A stretch of DNA of 55,545 nucleotides from Candidatus Roizmanbacteria bacterium GW2011_GWA2_37_7 (GTDB taxonomy: Bacteria > Patescibacteriota > Microgenomatia > UBA1406 > GWC2-37-13), in NCBI GenBank assembly GCA_000990445.1, contig LBTJ01000001.1, forward strand, positions 1 through 55,545, written 5' to 3'. Under the pieces are notes generated by a model, which was not told the DNA's origin, did no database searches, and saw only the letters and a list, made by a program, of their open reading frames with translations. The stretch's first letter is position 1. Every line of letters starts with the position of its first letter. This document shows, one piece after another, positions 34,126 through 44,228 of the stretch. The position numbers were made by a program, and so were the translations under genes.

Positions 34126-35451
34126 TCATGTTGACACAAAAAGAGACCTTGTAATGGACGAGAGCTCTTCGCGGAAAGAGCCATCTCTCATATTGAGATT
34201 TCTTACTTTATTCATCGCATGAATGACCGTTGTGTGATCCTTGCGCTTGACTAGAAACGCGACCTCTTCGAGATTTAGCCGAAGTTCGCTGCGCAGGAGG
34301 AACATAGCCACCTGGCGCGCAAGAGCAATGGCGCTTTTGCGCGAAGCCCCTTTCAGCTGCGACTGTGTTACGTCATAAAATGAACAAACCGCCTTTATTA
34401 TGTCTTGCGGAGCAAGTTTTTGTTTTCTGCTTTTTGCTTTGTCATGAAAAAAATCTTCAATAAGCTCAAGACTTACAGCCTGTCCGTTTGCAACACCACG
34501 AGCATACAAGGACAAGAGCGTTCCCTCAAGCGATCGCGTATCAATGACGGTTTCAGCAATTATTTTTGCCGCCTCAATATCAATTTCAATATTTTTCTCC
34601 CGTGCTTTAATAAGCAAAATAGCGGTGCGCAACTCAAAATCTGGCTGTTGGATGTCGACGATAAGTCCGCCAGAAAAACGCGAACGAAGCCGGTCTTCAA
34701 GTTTTTGAATTTCTTGTGGTGGGCGGTCCGATGTCAACACAACCTGCCCACCAGCCGAAACAACACTATTGAACGTGTGGAAAAATTCTTCTTGCACTGT
34801 TTGTTTTCCTGCAATAAACTGTATATCGTCTATTACAATAAGCCGAAGTGAGCGATATTTCTTTCTGAAGCGCGGCGTTGTTTTTCCACGGATAGATTCA
34901 ATAAGCTCGTTCATAAAAGTTTCGCTCGAACAGAACAAAACATCGCTTGTGGCATCTTCCTCAAGCACCACGTGGGCGATGGCCTGGGCCAAATGTGTTT
35001 TTCCAAACCCAACACCGCCATAAAAAAACAAAGGATTATATGAAGATCCTGGAGTTTTTCCCACAGCCTGAGCAGCGGCAAACGCAACTTGATTTGTTGG
35101 AGAGACAGCGAAGTTTTCAAATGTAAAGTTTGCGCGAAGCCCTGCCCTACGAAAGACATCTTCTTTTGAAGGCTGAAAACTGAGCAGTGGACTTTCAGAT
35201 GCGCCTTGGTCGGCTCGCATTAAAAATTCCACTCGTGTCTTTTTTTGTGCGTATAGTGTAAGGCTGCGTTCAATGTCTTGTTTTTTCTTTTCTAAATATT
35301 TTTTTGCCCCCATACTGGCACAAGACAAAATAACAACATCGTCTTTGATCTTAATTGGTAGAGCGTCTTTCAAAATAGAATAGTAGATGGGATTTTTCCT
35401 TTTTTTATCCTTGATAGCGGCAAGAAACTCGTCCCAAAAAGACTTTAACAT
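34126..35451 (-). CDS. dnaA: Chromosomal replication initiator DnaA
   Basis: Contains Walker A GGVGFGKTHL, LIVIDDIQF, SDRPP, and the C-terminal DNA-binding VAFLVKRKDHTTVIHA. The start is set at the ATG at 35451 (MLKSFWDEF). Confidence 0.92.
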   Translation of the reverse strand: MLKSFWDEFLAAIKDKKRKNPIYYSILKDALPIKIKDDVVILSCASMGAKKYLEKKKQDIERSLTLYAQKKTRVEFLMRADQGASESPLLSFQPSKEDVFRRAGLRANFTFENFAVSPTNQVAFAAAQAVGKTPGSSYNPLFFYGGVGFGKTHLAQAIAHVVLEEDATSDVLFCSSETFMNELIESIRGKTTPRFRKKYRSLRLIVIDDIQFIAGKQTVQEEFFHTFNSVVSAGGQVVLTSDRPPQEIQKLEDRLRSRFSGGLIVDIQQPDFELRTAILLIKAREKNIEIDIEAAKIIAETVIDTRSLEGTLLSLYARGVANGQAVSLELIEDFFHDKAKSRKQKLAPQDIIKAVCSFYDVTQSQLKGASRKSAIALARQVAMFLLRSELRLNLEEVAFLVKRKDHTTVIHAMNKVRNLNMRDGSFREELSSITRSLFVST

Positions 35452-35561
35452 AAGCCAAAAATGAAAGAATGAATAAGTTGTGGATAAGTTGTCCACAAAC
35501 AATAAACATATTAACACAAAAAATTTATTTTTGTTTTATAAAATGTGTGATAATATAGATT
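35452..35561. other. DnaA-box-containing intergenic region, a candidate oriC or dnaA promoter
   Basis: There is a perfect box TGTGGATAA at 35479-35487 (reverse complement TTATCCACA). One nt away is TTGTCCACA at 35489-35497, forming an inverted pair, followed by an AT-rich stretch. Weaker boxes lie in the dnaN-dnaA gap, for example TGTGCATAA at 34044-34052. Confidence 0.55.
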
Positions 35562-36245
35562 ATGTTTTTTGATATTTTGTTTCCTGCGCGGTGCGTTGGG
35601 TGTGCGCGTATCGGGTCGTCGATCTGTTCAAACTGTGTCAAAGAAATTTATCCAATACAAAAAGACCTGTGTCCAGGCTGTTTTCAATCTTCGCCAGATG
35701 GGAAAACCCATGCGCGATGTTATGCCAAAACACATCTTGACGGAGCGCTCGCAATTGTGCGTTTTTGTGGAGTGACAAAAAAAATAATCAAAGAAGCAAA
35801 ATATCAACGAGCACACAAAGCCCTCAAAGATTTTTTTATGCATATCCCAAAACATTGGTTTAATAAAGTTCAAAAACTCCCATATAAAAATATAAGCGCA
35901 GCGCTGTGTCCAATTCCTTTACATAAAACAAGACAGAATATTAGAGGCTTTAATCAAGCAGAGATTCTCGCAAACCACTTTAAGCAAGAAATAAAGCTAC
36001 CGGTTGAAGATTTGTTAGTGAGAATAAAAAATACACCGCCGCAAGCACAACAAAAAAGTCGTGCCCTGAGAAAAGCAAATATTTATGGGGCGTTTCAAAC
36101 AAAAATATCTAAAAAACTTCCAAGCACAATCATACTTATAGACGATCTATACACGTCAGCAAGCACAGCAAACGAAGCCGCAAGAACCCTCAAAAAAAGC
36201 GGAACGACACAAGTTTTTTTGCTTGCGCTTGCGCATGGACAGTAA
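35562..36245 (+). CDS. comFC: ComF-family phosphoribosyltransferase-domain protein
   Basis: 227 aa. The N-terminal Cys4 motif is CVGCARIGSSICSNC...CPGC. The C-terminal PRTase motif is IILIDDLYTSASTANEAARTLKKSG. Confidence 0.75.
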   Translation: MFFDILFPARCVGCARIGSSICSNCVKEIYPIQKDLCPGCFQSSPDGKTHARCYAKTHLDGALAIVRFCGVTKKIIKEAKYQRAHKALKDFFMHIPKHWFNKVQKLPYKNISAALCPIPLHKTRQNIRGFNQAEILANHFKQEIKLPVEDLLVRIKNTPPQAQQKSRALRKANIYGAFQTKISKKLPSTIILIDDLYTSASTANEAARTLKKSGTTQVFLLALAHGQ

Positions 36246-36287
36246 TGTCTTGTTTTTCGTATCCTATAATGTTATACTAACCACACT

Positions 36288-36752
36288 ATGGAATTCAATC
36301 GACTTGTTTCATTAGTATTGGGTTTTATCGTTCTTATTCTTGCGTTTGTTTGGATAAGCAATCGGTTTCGAGCAAAAAAAACCCCTACACAAACCAATCA
36401 GCCGACAATTACTATCACCATTGCCCCGACAGGAAAAGAGGAGAAACAAGACGGAGGATGGAATCCGCTTGCGTTTTTATTTAAAAATAATACACCAACA
36501 CCAACAAACCCAGTAGCCGAAATAAACATCCCAATTAATGAACAAATAATTTCTCCTACACCCCAAACAAAAGTAAAAGTTGTCGAAGGGGGAATCGTAG
36601 ACCAAAGCAATTCATCAAACGAGCGCACAATATACACCGCTTATAATCAAAACATAGTACATCAAATCCCTGAAACAGGAGCAGCAACAGCACTTCTTCC
36701 AATTCTATCTGTGTTGTTTGCTGGCGGCATGTTGATAAAAAAATCTTCATAA
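36288..36752 (+). CDS. Surface protein with an N-terminal anchor and a C-terminal LPXTG-like sorting signal
   Basis: 154 aa. The C-terminal IPETGAATALLPILSVLFAGGMLIKKSS is a PETG motif followed by a hydrophobic helix and a basic tail. Confidence 0.55.
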   Translation: MEFNRLVSLVLGFIVLILAFVWISNRFRAKKTPTQTNQPTITITIAPTGKEEKQDGGWNPLAFLFKNNTPTPTNPVAEINIPINEQIISPTPQTKVKVVEGGIVDQSNSSNERTIYTAYNQNIVHQIPETGAATALLPILSVLFAGGMLIKKSS

Positions 36753-36861
36753 TCTTGCGTTAAAATTTTGTCCTTCGTTATACCATTACTCCATTGTATT
36801 GTTTGCATTTTTTCAATGTGTTTGTAATAATGAGTGATGTTAATATTTGTCACTTGTCACC

Positions 36862-37905
36862 ATGAATAAAAAACCAACAAACAACGAACAAAACCCCAAA
36901 AGCAAAGCAATAAACCTTGCAATTGAGCAAATTCAGAAGCAGTTTGGAAAAGGCGCCATTATGAAGCTGGGAGCAGGTCCAGCAACCCCAGTAGAAGTAA
37001 TCTCGACTGGCATTTTACCCCTTGATCTTGCTCTGGGAGTTGGGGGAATTCCACGCGGAAGAATTGTAGAAATCTATGGTCCAGAAGCATCGGGAAAGAC
37101 AACTGTTACGCTATCGCTTGTATCTCAGGTTCAAAAAAAAGGAGGCACAGCGGCGTTTATTGATGCAGAGCACGCGGTTGACCCCACATGGGCAGAAATT
37201 CTCGGTGTGAATCTAGACGATCTTCTTATATCTCAACCAGACACTGGAGAGCAGGCATTGGAAATTACCGAAACCCTTGTTCGTTCAGGGGCGGTTGATC
37301 TTATTGTAATTGACTCAGTAGCCGCCCTTGTGCCGCGTTCAGAAATTGAAGGAGACATGGGGGATGCACAAATGGGTTTACAAGCACGGCTCATGTCGCA
37401 AGCACTTCGGAAGCTTACTGCGGTTGTTTCAAAATCAAAAACAACCATTGTGTTTACGAATCAACTTCGTATGAAAATTGGCATTATGTTTGGAAATCCA
37501 GAAACAACCCCAGGAGGCATGGCTCTCAAGTTTTATGCCTCTGTGCGCATGGAAGTGCGAAAAATCCAAACACTCAAAAAAGGAGATGAGGTTATTGGCG
37601 CAAGGGTACGCGTTAAGGTTGTTAAAAACAAAGTGGCGCCGCCGTTTAAGAAAGCAGAGTTTAGCATCACTCCTGAGGGGGTGGACAATCTTGGTTCGCT
37701 CATTGACATTGCGGCAGAAAAAAAGATTTTGGAGAAAAGCGGGGCATTTTATAAATATAACAATGAAGTTGTTGGTCAAGGGATAGATCAAGTAAAAAAC
37801 ACGCTCAAAGACAACACAAAAATGCAAAAAGAAATTGAAAAAAAAGTCTACGCAACCCTTTCTATAAACAAACCAACTCAAGAAACAAAAGACCAAAAAC
37901 AATAA
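36862..37905 (+). CDS. recA: Recombinase RecA
   Basis: Contains Walker [17 protein letters not shown] and IVIDSVAAL, with L1/L2 loop regions. The start is at the ATG at 36862. Confidence 0.95.
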   Translation: MNKKPTNNEQNPKSKAINLAIEQIQKQFGKGAIMKLGAGPATPVEVISTGILPLDLALGVGGIPRGRIVEIYGPEASGKTTVTLSLVSQVQKKGGTAAFIDAEHAVDPTWAEILGVNLDDLLISQPDTGEQALEITETLVRSGAVDLIVIDSVAALVPRSEIEGDMGDAQMGLQARLMSQALRKLTAVVSKSKTTIVFTNQLRMKIGIMFGNPETTPGGMALKFYASVRMEVRKIQTLKKGDEVIGARVRVKVVKNKVAPPFKKAEFSITPEGVDNLGSLIDIAAEKKILEKSGAFYKYNNEVVGQGIDQVKNTLKDNTKMQKEIEKKVYATLSINKPTQETKDQKQ

Positions 37906-37944
37906 AAAGAAAAAAAACACACAAACTTAGAAACAAATTAATGT

Positions 37945-38433
37945 ATGAATCAGCGTCAAAAACAAGTACAAATACTTATAGAAAAGGCGCTGTTTTATCT
38001 ACGCTTCCGTGCGCGAAGCGAACAAGAGATGAGACAGTATCTTCAAAAAAAATCACAAACATACAGGTTTGATGAAGAGAATATAAAAGATACGATTGAC
38101 CATCTTATAAAGCACAAATATATTGACGATAACAAGTTCGCTCAAGCATATGTGCGATCAAGAACGTATATAAATCCAAAAGGTAACTACGCAATAATTC
38201 AAGAATTACTTCAAAAAGGGATTAAGAAAAAAATTATTGATTTAGCGCTTCAAACAAGCGAGATTGACGAATATTCACGTGCACTGAGCGTATTGAAGAA
38301 AAAAAACAACTCTCTCGCTCCTCTACCAGCGCACCAAAAGAAAGCCCGTGCCTTGGCACATTTACAAAGAAGGGGGTTTTCGTATGATACCGCAATTCAA
38401 GCATATAAGCAGTATTTCAATACAACATTTTAA
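37945..38433 (+). CDS. recX: Recombination regulator RecX
   Basis: 162 aa directly after recA. Three-helical-repeat pattern (ALFYLRFRARSEQEMRQYLQKK...YIDDNKFAQAYVRSR...IIQELLQKGI). Confidence 0.75.
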   Translation: MNQRQKQVQILIEKALFYLRFRARSEQEMRQYLQKKSQTYRFDEENIKDTIDHLIKHKYIDDNKFAQAYVRSRTYINPKGNYAIIQELLQKGIKKKIIDLALQTSEIDEYSRALSVLKKKNNSLAPLPAHQKKARALAHLQRRGFSYDTAIQAYKQYFNTTF

Positions 38434-38708
38434 GAGTTTTATAATTCACAAGATGCTTCTTGAAGAATTTGGTTATACGCAGTACAATAGAAGGGTTAAT
38501 AATTACTAAGACAGATCAATTATATTTTTATTTTAATATGTCACTTCCTACTCGTTTTGTATATTCCAAAACACACAAATACAAATAGAAGGCGATTATC
38601 ACACGGACCCATGACCATATGGGTGCCCGCACTTTTATGTGATTGGCGTGGACATGTTAAACTACTAAACCCCCAAAACATACAGATCCGTCTTAAATCA
38701 TAAATACT

Positions 38709-40163
38709 ATGTTACAATCATTGATTCGATCGTTGTTTCAAAAAGAGCGACAAGAAGAGATGCAAAAGGTTGAACACAAAGCAAAAGAACTTATACTTAA
38801 AGCAAATGAAGAGGCGCTCCATATTAAACAAGAGGCAGAACAAACCGGAAGAAAAACTATCCAAGAAAGAATTGAGCTTGAAAAAAGACTTGCGCGAAAA
38901 GAACAAAATATTGAAGAGCATGAGAAAGAAATTCAAAACAAAGAGCAAGTCCTTGTTGAGAAAATAAAACAAACAGAGAGCAAAAAAGAAGAGTATGAAA
39001 AAGAAAAGGATAAAATTATTGCAAAACTTGAAAAAATAGCTCAGATGACAAAAGACGAAGCGCGGAAACTTCTCCTTTCTGCATGGGAAGATAAATTAAA
39101 AGGAGAGGTTGCAAAACGAGTCCGCGATTCAGAAGAGCAGATACAAGCAAGCTCCATTGAGAAATCAAAAGAGATCCTTATGGAGGCTATGCGCTACGGA
39201 GCAACAGATTATGTTTCTGAGTATACCTTAGCTGTTATACAACTGCCAAATGACGACTATAAAGGAAGGATTATTGGGAAAGATGGGCGCAATATACGCG
39301 CATTTGAGCTTTCAACTGGCGTTGATGTTGATCTTGAGGAAGAGGGGATAATCCGCATATCATCTTTTGATGCAATACGCAGGGAGATTGCGAGAATTGC
39401 CCTAGAAAAACTTATTAAAGATGGGCGAATACAACCACAAAGAATTGAAGAGGTTGTTCATAAAGTTAAGGATGAAGTTGACCAAACAATTCTTAAAGCA
39501 GGAGAGGATCTTACACATAGAGTAGGAATTTTTAATTTACCAAACGAAATAATAAAACTTCTCGGACAATTTAAATTTCGTTATTCTTACGGCCAAAATA
39601 TGATTCTTCATACTCTTGAGGAAACCAAAATTGGCGTTGCACTTGCACACGAGCTAAAAGCAGATGTGAACATAGTGAAACTCGGCTGCCTGCTCCACGA
39701 TATAGGAAAAGTTGTAACAGATAAAGAAGGCTCACATGTAGAGCTTGGTGTTGAACTTCTAAACAAACACCGCTTCCCAAAAAAAGTAGTTGACACAGTA
39801 GCAGCTCATCATGAGGATATTCCATTCCCTTCAATTGAAGCAGTTATTGTCTATGTTGCCGATGCTGTATCAGGAGGAAGGCCAGGAGCACGACATGAAG
39901 ATTTTCAAGAGTATTTAAAACGGATTAATATCATCGAAGAAACTGCAAAAAAACAAAAAGGCGTTCGAGACGTCTACGCACTACAGGCGGGTCGCGAACT
40001 TCGTGTTGTCGTACGCCCAAATGAAGTGTCAGACGACGAAGCAACCATTATGGCAACCAAAATCAAAGAAGAACTGGAAACAAAATTTGATGTTTTCCCA
40101 GGGCAAATAAAAGTAACTGTTTTGCGAGAGTATAGAGCTGAGGCAGTTGCGAAATATAATTAG
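38709..40163 (+). CDS. rny: Ribonuclease Y (KH + HD domains)
   Basis: 484 aa with an N-terminal coiled coil, KH domain GRIIGKDGRNIRAFE, and HD domain LLHDIGK...AAHHEDI. No N-terminal transmembrane helix is visible in this ORF. Confidence 0.88.
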   Translation: MLQSLIRSLFQKERQEEMQKVEHKAKELILKANEEALHIKQEAEQTGRKTIQERIELEKRLARKEQNIEEHEKEIQNKEQVLVEKIKQTESKKEEYEKEKDKIIAKLEKIAQMTKDEARKLLLSAWEDKLKGEVAKRVRDSEEQIQASSIEKSKEILMEAMRYGATDYVSEYTLAVIQLPNDDYKGRIIGKDGRNIRAFELSTGVDVDLEEEGIIRISSFDAIRREIARIALEKLIKDGRIQPQRIEEVVHKVKDEVDQTILKAGEDLTHRVGIFNLPNEIIKLLGQFKFRYSYGQNMILHTLEETKIGVALAHELKADVNIVKLGCLLHDIGKVVTDKEGSHVELGVELLNKHRFPKKVVDTVAAHHEDIPFPSIEAVIVYVADAVSGGRPGARHEDFQEYLKRINIIEETAKKQKGVRDVYALQAGRELRVVVRPNEVSDDEATIMATKIKEELETKFDVFPGQIKVTVLREYRAEAVAKYN

Positions 40164-40393
40164 TTTATTTTATTAATTATTTATCTGTTGTTTGTTCTTA
40201 TCTTGTCACAATAATATAAAAAAAAATTTAATAAAATGTTTTTTGATATAGATTGTAACAAAAAGATATTTTAAGTATGGATTGACAAGAGGCCTCCGAG
40301 AATATACAGTGTAAGGGTATATTAAGATATTTCTTGCTCCGACACTCTAACAAGAGTATTGGAGGAGTTTGATAAAGAAGGGGGGTGAAATAC

Positions 40394-40666
40394 ATGACAA
40401 AAGCAGATTTAATTGCACAGGTTGCAAAAAAATCAGGGCTGACTTCAAAAGCAGCAAAAGATGCAGTAAACGCAGTGTTTGACACTGTTGCGCAAGCAAT
40501 GGAGAGGGGCGAAAAGGTAGTGGTGACAGGCTTTGGTACATTTCTTGTACGAAATCGAGCAGCACGGAAAGGACGAAATCCTCAAACAGGGGCCGAAATC
40601 CAAATTCCTGCAACAAAAACACCAGGCTTTACCGCAGGTAAAAGTCTTAAAAGAAGAGTTAAATAA
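40394..40666 (+). CDS. hup: DNA-binding protein HU
   Basis: 90 aa. [30 protein letters not shown]...[29 protein letters not shown] strong SD AAGGGGGGTGA lies upstream of the ATG at 40394. Confidence 0.92.
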   Translation: MTKADLIAQVAKKSGLTSKAAKDAVNAVFDTVAQAMERGEKVVVTGFGTFLVRNRAARKGRNPQTGAEIQIPATKTPGFTAGKSLKRRVK

Positions 40667-40686
40667 CTCTTTTATACAAGATGCAG

Positions 40687-40746
40687 CCCCGCTCTGTTGA
40701 TATCGATCGTGTCAATCTATGCCAAGAGAGCGGGGTTGTATTTTTC
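40687..40746 (+). terminator. Rho-independent-like terminator after hup
   Basis: A 9-bp GC stem pairs CCCCGCUCU (40687-40695) with AGAGCGGGG (40727-40735). It encloses a smaller stem and is followed by UUGUAUUUUU. Confidence 0.5.
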
Positions 40747-40755
40747 TAACAATAT

Positions 40756-41298
40756 ATGAAACGAATTATTCTATCAGTCATTATTATATTATTGTCGGTA
40801 ACAGTCGTGCCAACATTGTATTCTGTGACTGAGCCACAGTCTGTTGACATTGAAAAAAAAGAGGTGCTATATCAACTTCCATATCCGGGTCTTCTTCCAG
40901 GACACCCGCTCTATATATTAAAAATACTTAGAGATAATATTTTGCTTTTCACAACCAGAGACAATCTAAAAAAATCAAAACTATACCTTCATCTTTCAGA
41001 CAAAAATATGGCAACTGCAATTGCTCTTATCAATGAAGGGAAAGAACAGACAGCAATAAAACAACTAGAACTCGCGGAGCAGCGCTTTTTACTCATCCCA
41101 CCAACACTACAAGAGCTAAAAAAACAAGGAGGAGAATATCCAAGTGATTTTATTATTGATTTACATCAAAGCAACCAAAAACACAGAGAAGTAATTACAG
41201 AGGTAATCAGCAAAGTTACTGAATCTGACATTGATGTACTCAATGAGCTTTTGAAACAAAACAAACAAGCAGAGGGATTATTGCAAAAAATTCAGTAA
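40756..41298 (+). CDS. Hypothetical secreted or anchored helical protein
   Basis: 180 aa with the N-terminal signal or anchor IILSVIIILLSVTVVPTL. The rest is predicted helical and no motif was recognised. Confidence 0.5.
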   Translation: MKRIILSVIIILLSVTVVPTLYSVTEPQSVDIEKKEVLYQLPYPGLLPGHPLYILKILRDNILLFTTRDNLKKSKLYLHLSDKNMATAIALINEGKEQTAIKQLELAEQRFLLIPPTLQELKKQGGEYPSDFIIDLHQSNQKHREVITEVISKVTESDIDVLNELLKQNKQAEGLLQKIQ

Positions 41299-41392
41299 CT
41301 TATTGTATAAAAAAACTATAGCAAGCAGCTTGTTTTTTATATGAAATATGGTATAGTAATAACCTATTTAAGATAGTAAAGGAGCAGAGTTT

Positions 41393-42475
41393 ATGCCAAA
41401 AATAAAACCGCAAAAAGATCATACGCCGCCAAATCCAATGAAAGCACTTCTTCAGTCCAGCAATATATCAAATATTCGGAAAAATACTGAAATAGATGCG
41501 AAAATACTTGCATTATCAAAAAAAAACGTACTTTTTGATGTTGGCGCAAAAGCAGAAGCAGTCCTTGGTGAAAAAGAACTGAAAGAGATTACTACATATC
41601 TTCCCTATCTTGGTGAAGGCGACATTGTAAAAGTTCGCATTATTTCAGCAGAGTCACGCGAAGGATATCCTGTGGTTTCGATGCGGTCATTTTTTGAAAA
41701 AGGGAAATGGGACATTCTTCAGGAGAAAAAGAAAAATGAAGAAGATATTGAGGTTGTATGCGGGGAGTACGGGAAAGGAGGAGTGTTTGTTGATTTTATG
41801 GGAATCCGAGGGGTTATTCCAAAAATACAACTAACCACTGATTTTCTTGAAGACCCATCGCGCCTTGCAGGGCAGCGTATTAAAGTAAAGGTTCTTGAAG
41901 TTGATGAAGTAAAAAATCGTCTTGTTGTATCACAAAAAGCAGCTGTTTTGCAAATTTCTCAAAAAGAAATGAAGAAGCGCTTTGCAAAAATCAAACTGAA
42001 CGAAGTATACGACGCCAAGGTGCTTGGTGTTTCAGAGTTTGGTATTTTTTGTGAAGTCCAGGGTGTTGAAGGTTTGGTTCATATTTCAGAGATATCGTGG
42101 GAAAAAGTGACCAACGCATCAATATATGTTAAACAAGGAGAAATAATTAAGACGATGGTTGTTGAAAAAAATGACGAAGATTTAAAACTGAATCTATCAA
42201 TAAAAAGGCTGGCAAATGATCCGTGGGAAGACATAATCAACAAATATCCTAAAGAAAAAGAACTAGAAGGAGAGGTGGTGAGGAGAGAGAGATATGGGTA
42301 TTTTGTACGACTAGAGCCTGGGGTAGAGGGGCTTATCCATGTGAGCAAACTAACAGGTTCAGAAGAGTTTGAGCTTGGGAGAAAAATCAAAGTATTTGTT
42401 GAGCGGGTAAGTAAAAACGATCGACGAATGAGCTTAATTCTTCCTCAAACCGACAAGCCCGTGCTTTACCGATAG
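41393..42475 (+). CDS. rpsA: 30S ribosomal protein S1 (four S1 domains)
   Basis: 360 aa with repeated S1 OB-fold modules (GDIVKVRII.., GEYGKGGVFVDFMGIRGVIP, YDAKVLGVSEFGIFCEV..GLVHISEIS, GEVVRRERYGYFVRLEPGVEGLIHVSKL). SD AAAGGAG lies upstream. Confidence 0.85.
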   Translation: MPKIKPQKDHTPPNPMKALLQSSNISNIRKNTEIDAKILALSKKNVLFDVGAKAEAVLGEKELKEITTYLPYLGEGDIVKVRIISAESREGYPVVSMRSFFEKGKWDILQEKKKNEEDIEVVCGEYGKGGVFVDFMGIRGVIPKIQLTTDFLEDPSRLAGQRIKVKVLEVDEVKNRLVVSQKAAVLQISQKEMKKRFAKIKLNEVYDAKVLGVSEFGIFCEVQGVEGLVHISEISWEKVTNASIYVKQGEIIKTMVVEKNDEDLKLNLSIKRLANDPWEDIINKYPKEKELEGEVVRRERYGYFVRLEPGVEGLIHVSKLTGSEEFELGRKIKVFVERVSKNDRRMSLILPQTDKPVLYR

Positions 42476-42483
42476 CTCTAGCC

Positions 42484-42813
42484 CTATATTTGGTTTTTCA
42501 CTTCAGAGATATCTCTTCTAAGATCTTCAAGCGCAGATGACGACGCTTGTTTAATTTTGTCCTCTAGGTTTTCTACTATTGAATGTAAATGTTCCAATAT
42601 TGTTTTATGATCATCATTCGAGAGATTGTGTAAAAATATTTTTTTTTCATCTTCATTCAATTCTGTAAGCACAACATCAATTACAACATGATGAACAGTT
42701 ATGTGGATGAGCTCAACCAACTCGTCTCGTTCATGTGATTCAAGCTCAAGCTCGTCAAGTTCAACGGAAAGAGTGCCTACCGCAACAAGATGGCTATAAA
42801 ATTGTTTGTTCAT
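42484..42813 (-). CDS. Hypothetical acidic helical protein
   Basis: 109-aa ATG ORF, 2 nt downstream of 42816..43727. No recognised motif. Confidence 0.45.
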   Translation of the reverse strand: MNKQFYSHLVAVGTLSVELDELELESHERDELVELIHITVHHVVIDVVLTELNEDEKKIFLHNLSNDDHKTILEHLHSIVENLEDKIKQASSSALEDLRRDISEVKNQI

Positions 42814-42815
42814 GT

Positions 42816-43727
42816 TTATTCGGTGTAAATAGGCCCGAGTGGAATAGTGTCGTGTGGATCGTCAATAAAATAGTATAACACCGGGCCTTTTGATCCACCG
42901 TCCTGTCGTTCTAAATATGTCATTACTTCTGGCGACCCCCCAAGATGTTTCCCAGTATTTTGTGCAGGTCCGGCATCACCTATTACGACAATTACTGCAT
43001 TTCCATTTTCAGGATTTACCACAAGCATTTTACGGAATTTAAAAAAATGATACAAGTTGTTTGAGTTTTTGTTCCACCCTGGTGATAAGAATGTTTGAAC
43101 AGCAATATAATATTTTTCACGCAGGATGTCTTGCTGAGTTAATTCTGAGCGGGAGTTTGCGAAATATCCCCACGCGCCACGCCCAGGAGCCATACCAGAT
43201 GACCAGTATTTTTTTTCTTCATCATTTTCAAAATGCGTATACATACTATCTCCAGGATATCGAACAAGATGTTGTTCTGCGCCAATAATCCCATAGTTTT
43301 GGTTTAGTTTTTTTCCTTCAATCGTTGTTGATGCAGGGACATGAAAAAAAGTGGTGAGGATATGGCCTATTTGTTTTTCTTGATCGTCTGAAAGAGATTG
43401 GACTATGCCGGGAAGGGCAGAAGTAAGCTGGCGGATTAATTCATCTTTTGTATGCGCAGGGCGTTCCTCGGCCGGCGTTGTGGGAGGAAGAAGACTTTGT
43501 GTTATTGTTGTTGCGTTTGCCGGATGTGTGAGCATAAGCAGACCGGTTGCAGACCCAACCACTAGTTGTTTGGTGTTGTCCCGCATCCACTGCAAGGATT
43601 GTTTGTGTTTTTTCCAAAGATCTTTTCGTATTTTTTGATGGCGCTTTATCCATATATTCTTAAGACGTTGGAAATGTGGCTTTTGGCCGGTGGTCATAGA
43701 AAAGTTTGGAATAATAATAAATACCAA
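42816..43727 (-). CDS. Hypothetical secreted protein with a possible RlpA/expansin-like double-psi beta-barrel at the C-terminus
   Basis: MLVVNPENGNAVIVVIGDAGPAQNTGKHLGGSPEVMTYL resembles the DPBB core (V.V.N..NG..V.V.I.D.GP). The N-terminal start is uncertain (43727 or 43697). Confidence 0.4.
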   Translation of the reverse strand: MVFIIIPNFSMTTGQKPHFQRLKNIWIKRHQKIRKDLWKKHKQSLQWMRDNTKQLVVGSATGLLMLTHPANATTITQSLLPPTTPAEERPAHTKDELIRQLTSALPGIVQSLSDDQEKQIGHILTTFFHVPASTTIEGKKLNQNYGIIGAEQHLVRYPGDSMYTHFENDEEKKYWSSGMAPGRGAWGYFANSRSELTQQDILREKYYIAVQTFLSPGWNKNSNNLYHFFKFRKMLVVNPENGNAVIVVIGDAGPAQNTGKHLGGSPEVMTYLERQDGGSKGPVLYYFIDDPHDTIPLGPIYTE

Positions 43728-43740
43728 AACCTGTTTTACA

Positions 43741-44184
43741 TTATTGGGTACTGTTTTTTGTTGAGTTTACAACATTTGAAATTCGATTTTGATCAACAGA
43801 TATCTTGAGCGGTCTCACCATTTGTACACCAAGAGACGCAAGCTTGTATCCAAAACCCAACATAAACTGCATGATAAAATAATAAACTGTGAGATTAAGC
43901 ATCTGATATAAGACTGTTGGATCAATTAAATTCGGTAAACTTACCCCACCCCCAGAGCTCAGAAGCGAAAGCGGGTCTTCCTGGATCTGCTTGAGCAGCT
44001 CATCAGGGTTTGACGAATCAATGTTTTTTGAGGTATTTTGATTATTGTTTTGGGCGGTTGTATTCAATATTTTGATGGGTTGCGCTTTTCCCGTAAATAC
44101 AAGAATTATTTGAAACGCAGCGACCAACATAAGAAAAATTCCAACACCAAGAAGTACGTATCCAATAATTTTTTCAGAGGGCAT
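43741..44184 (-). CDS. Hypothetical membrane protein
   Basis: 147 aa with an N-terminal transmembrane helix (IIGYVLLGVGIFLMLVAAFQIILVF) and a second hydrophobic segment near the C-terminus. Confidence 0.5.
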   Translation of the reverse strand: MPSEKIIGYVLLGVGIFLMLVAAFQIILVFTGKAQPIKILNTTAQNNNQNTSKNIDSSNPDELLKQIQEDPLSLLSSGGGVSLPNLIDPTVLYQMLNLTVYYFIMQFMLGFGYKLASLGVQMVRPLKISVDQNRISNVVNSTKNSTQ

Positions 44185-44228
44185 AACTCATTGTAATATA
44201 ATTGCAAATAAATTATCATGAGCACACT

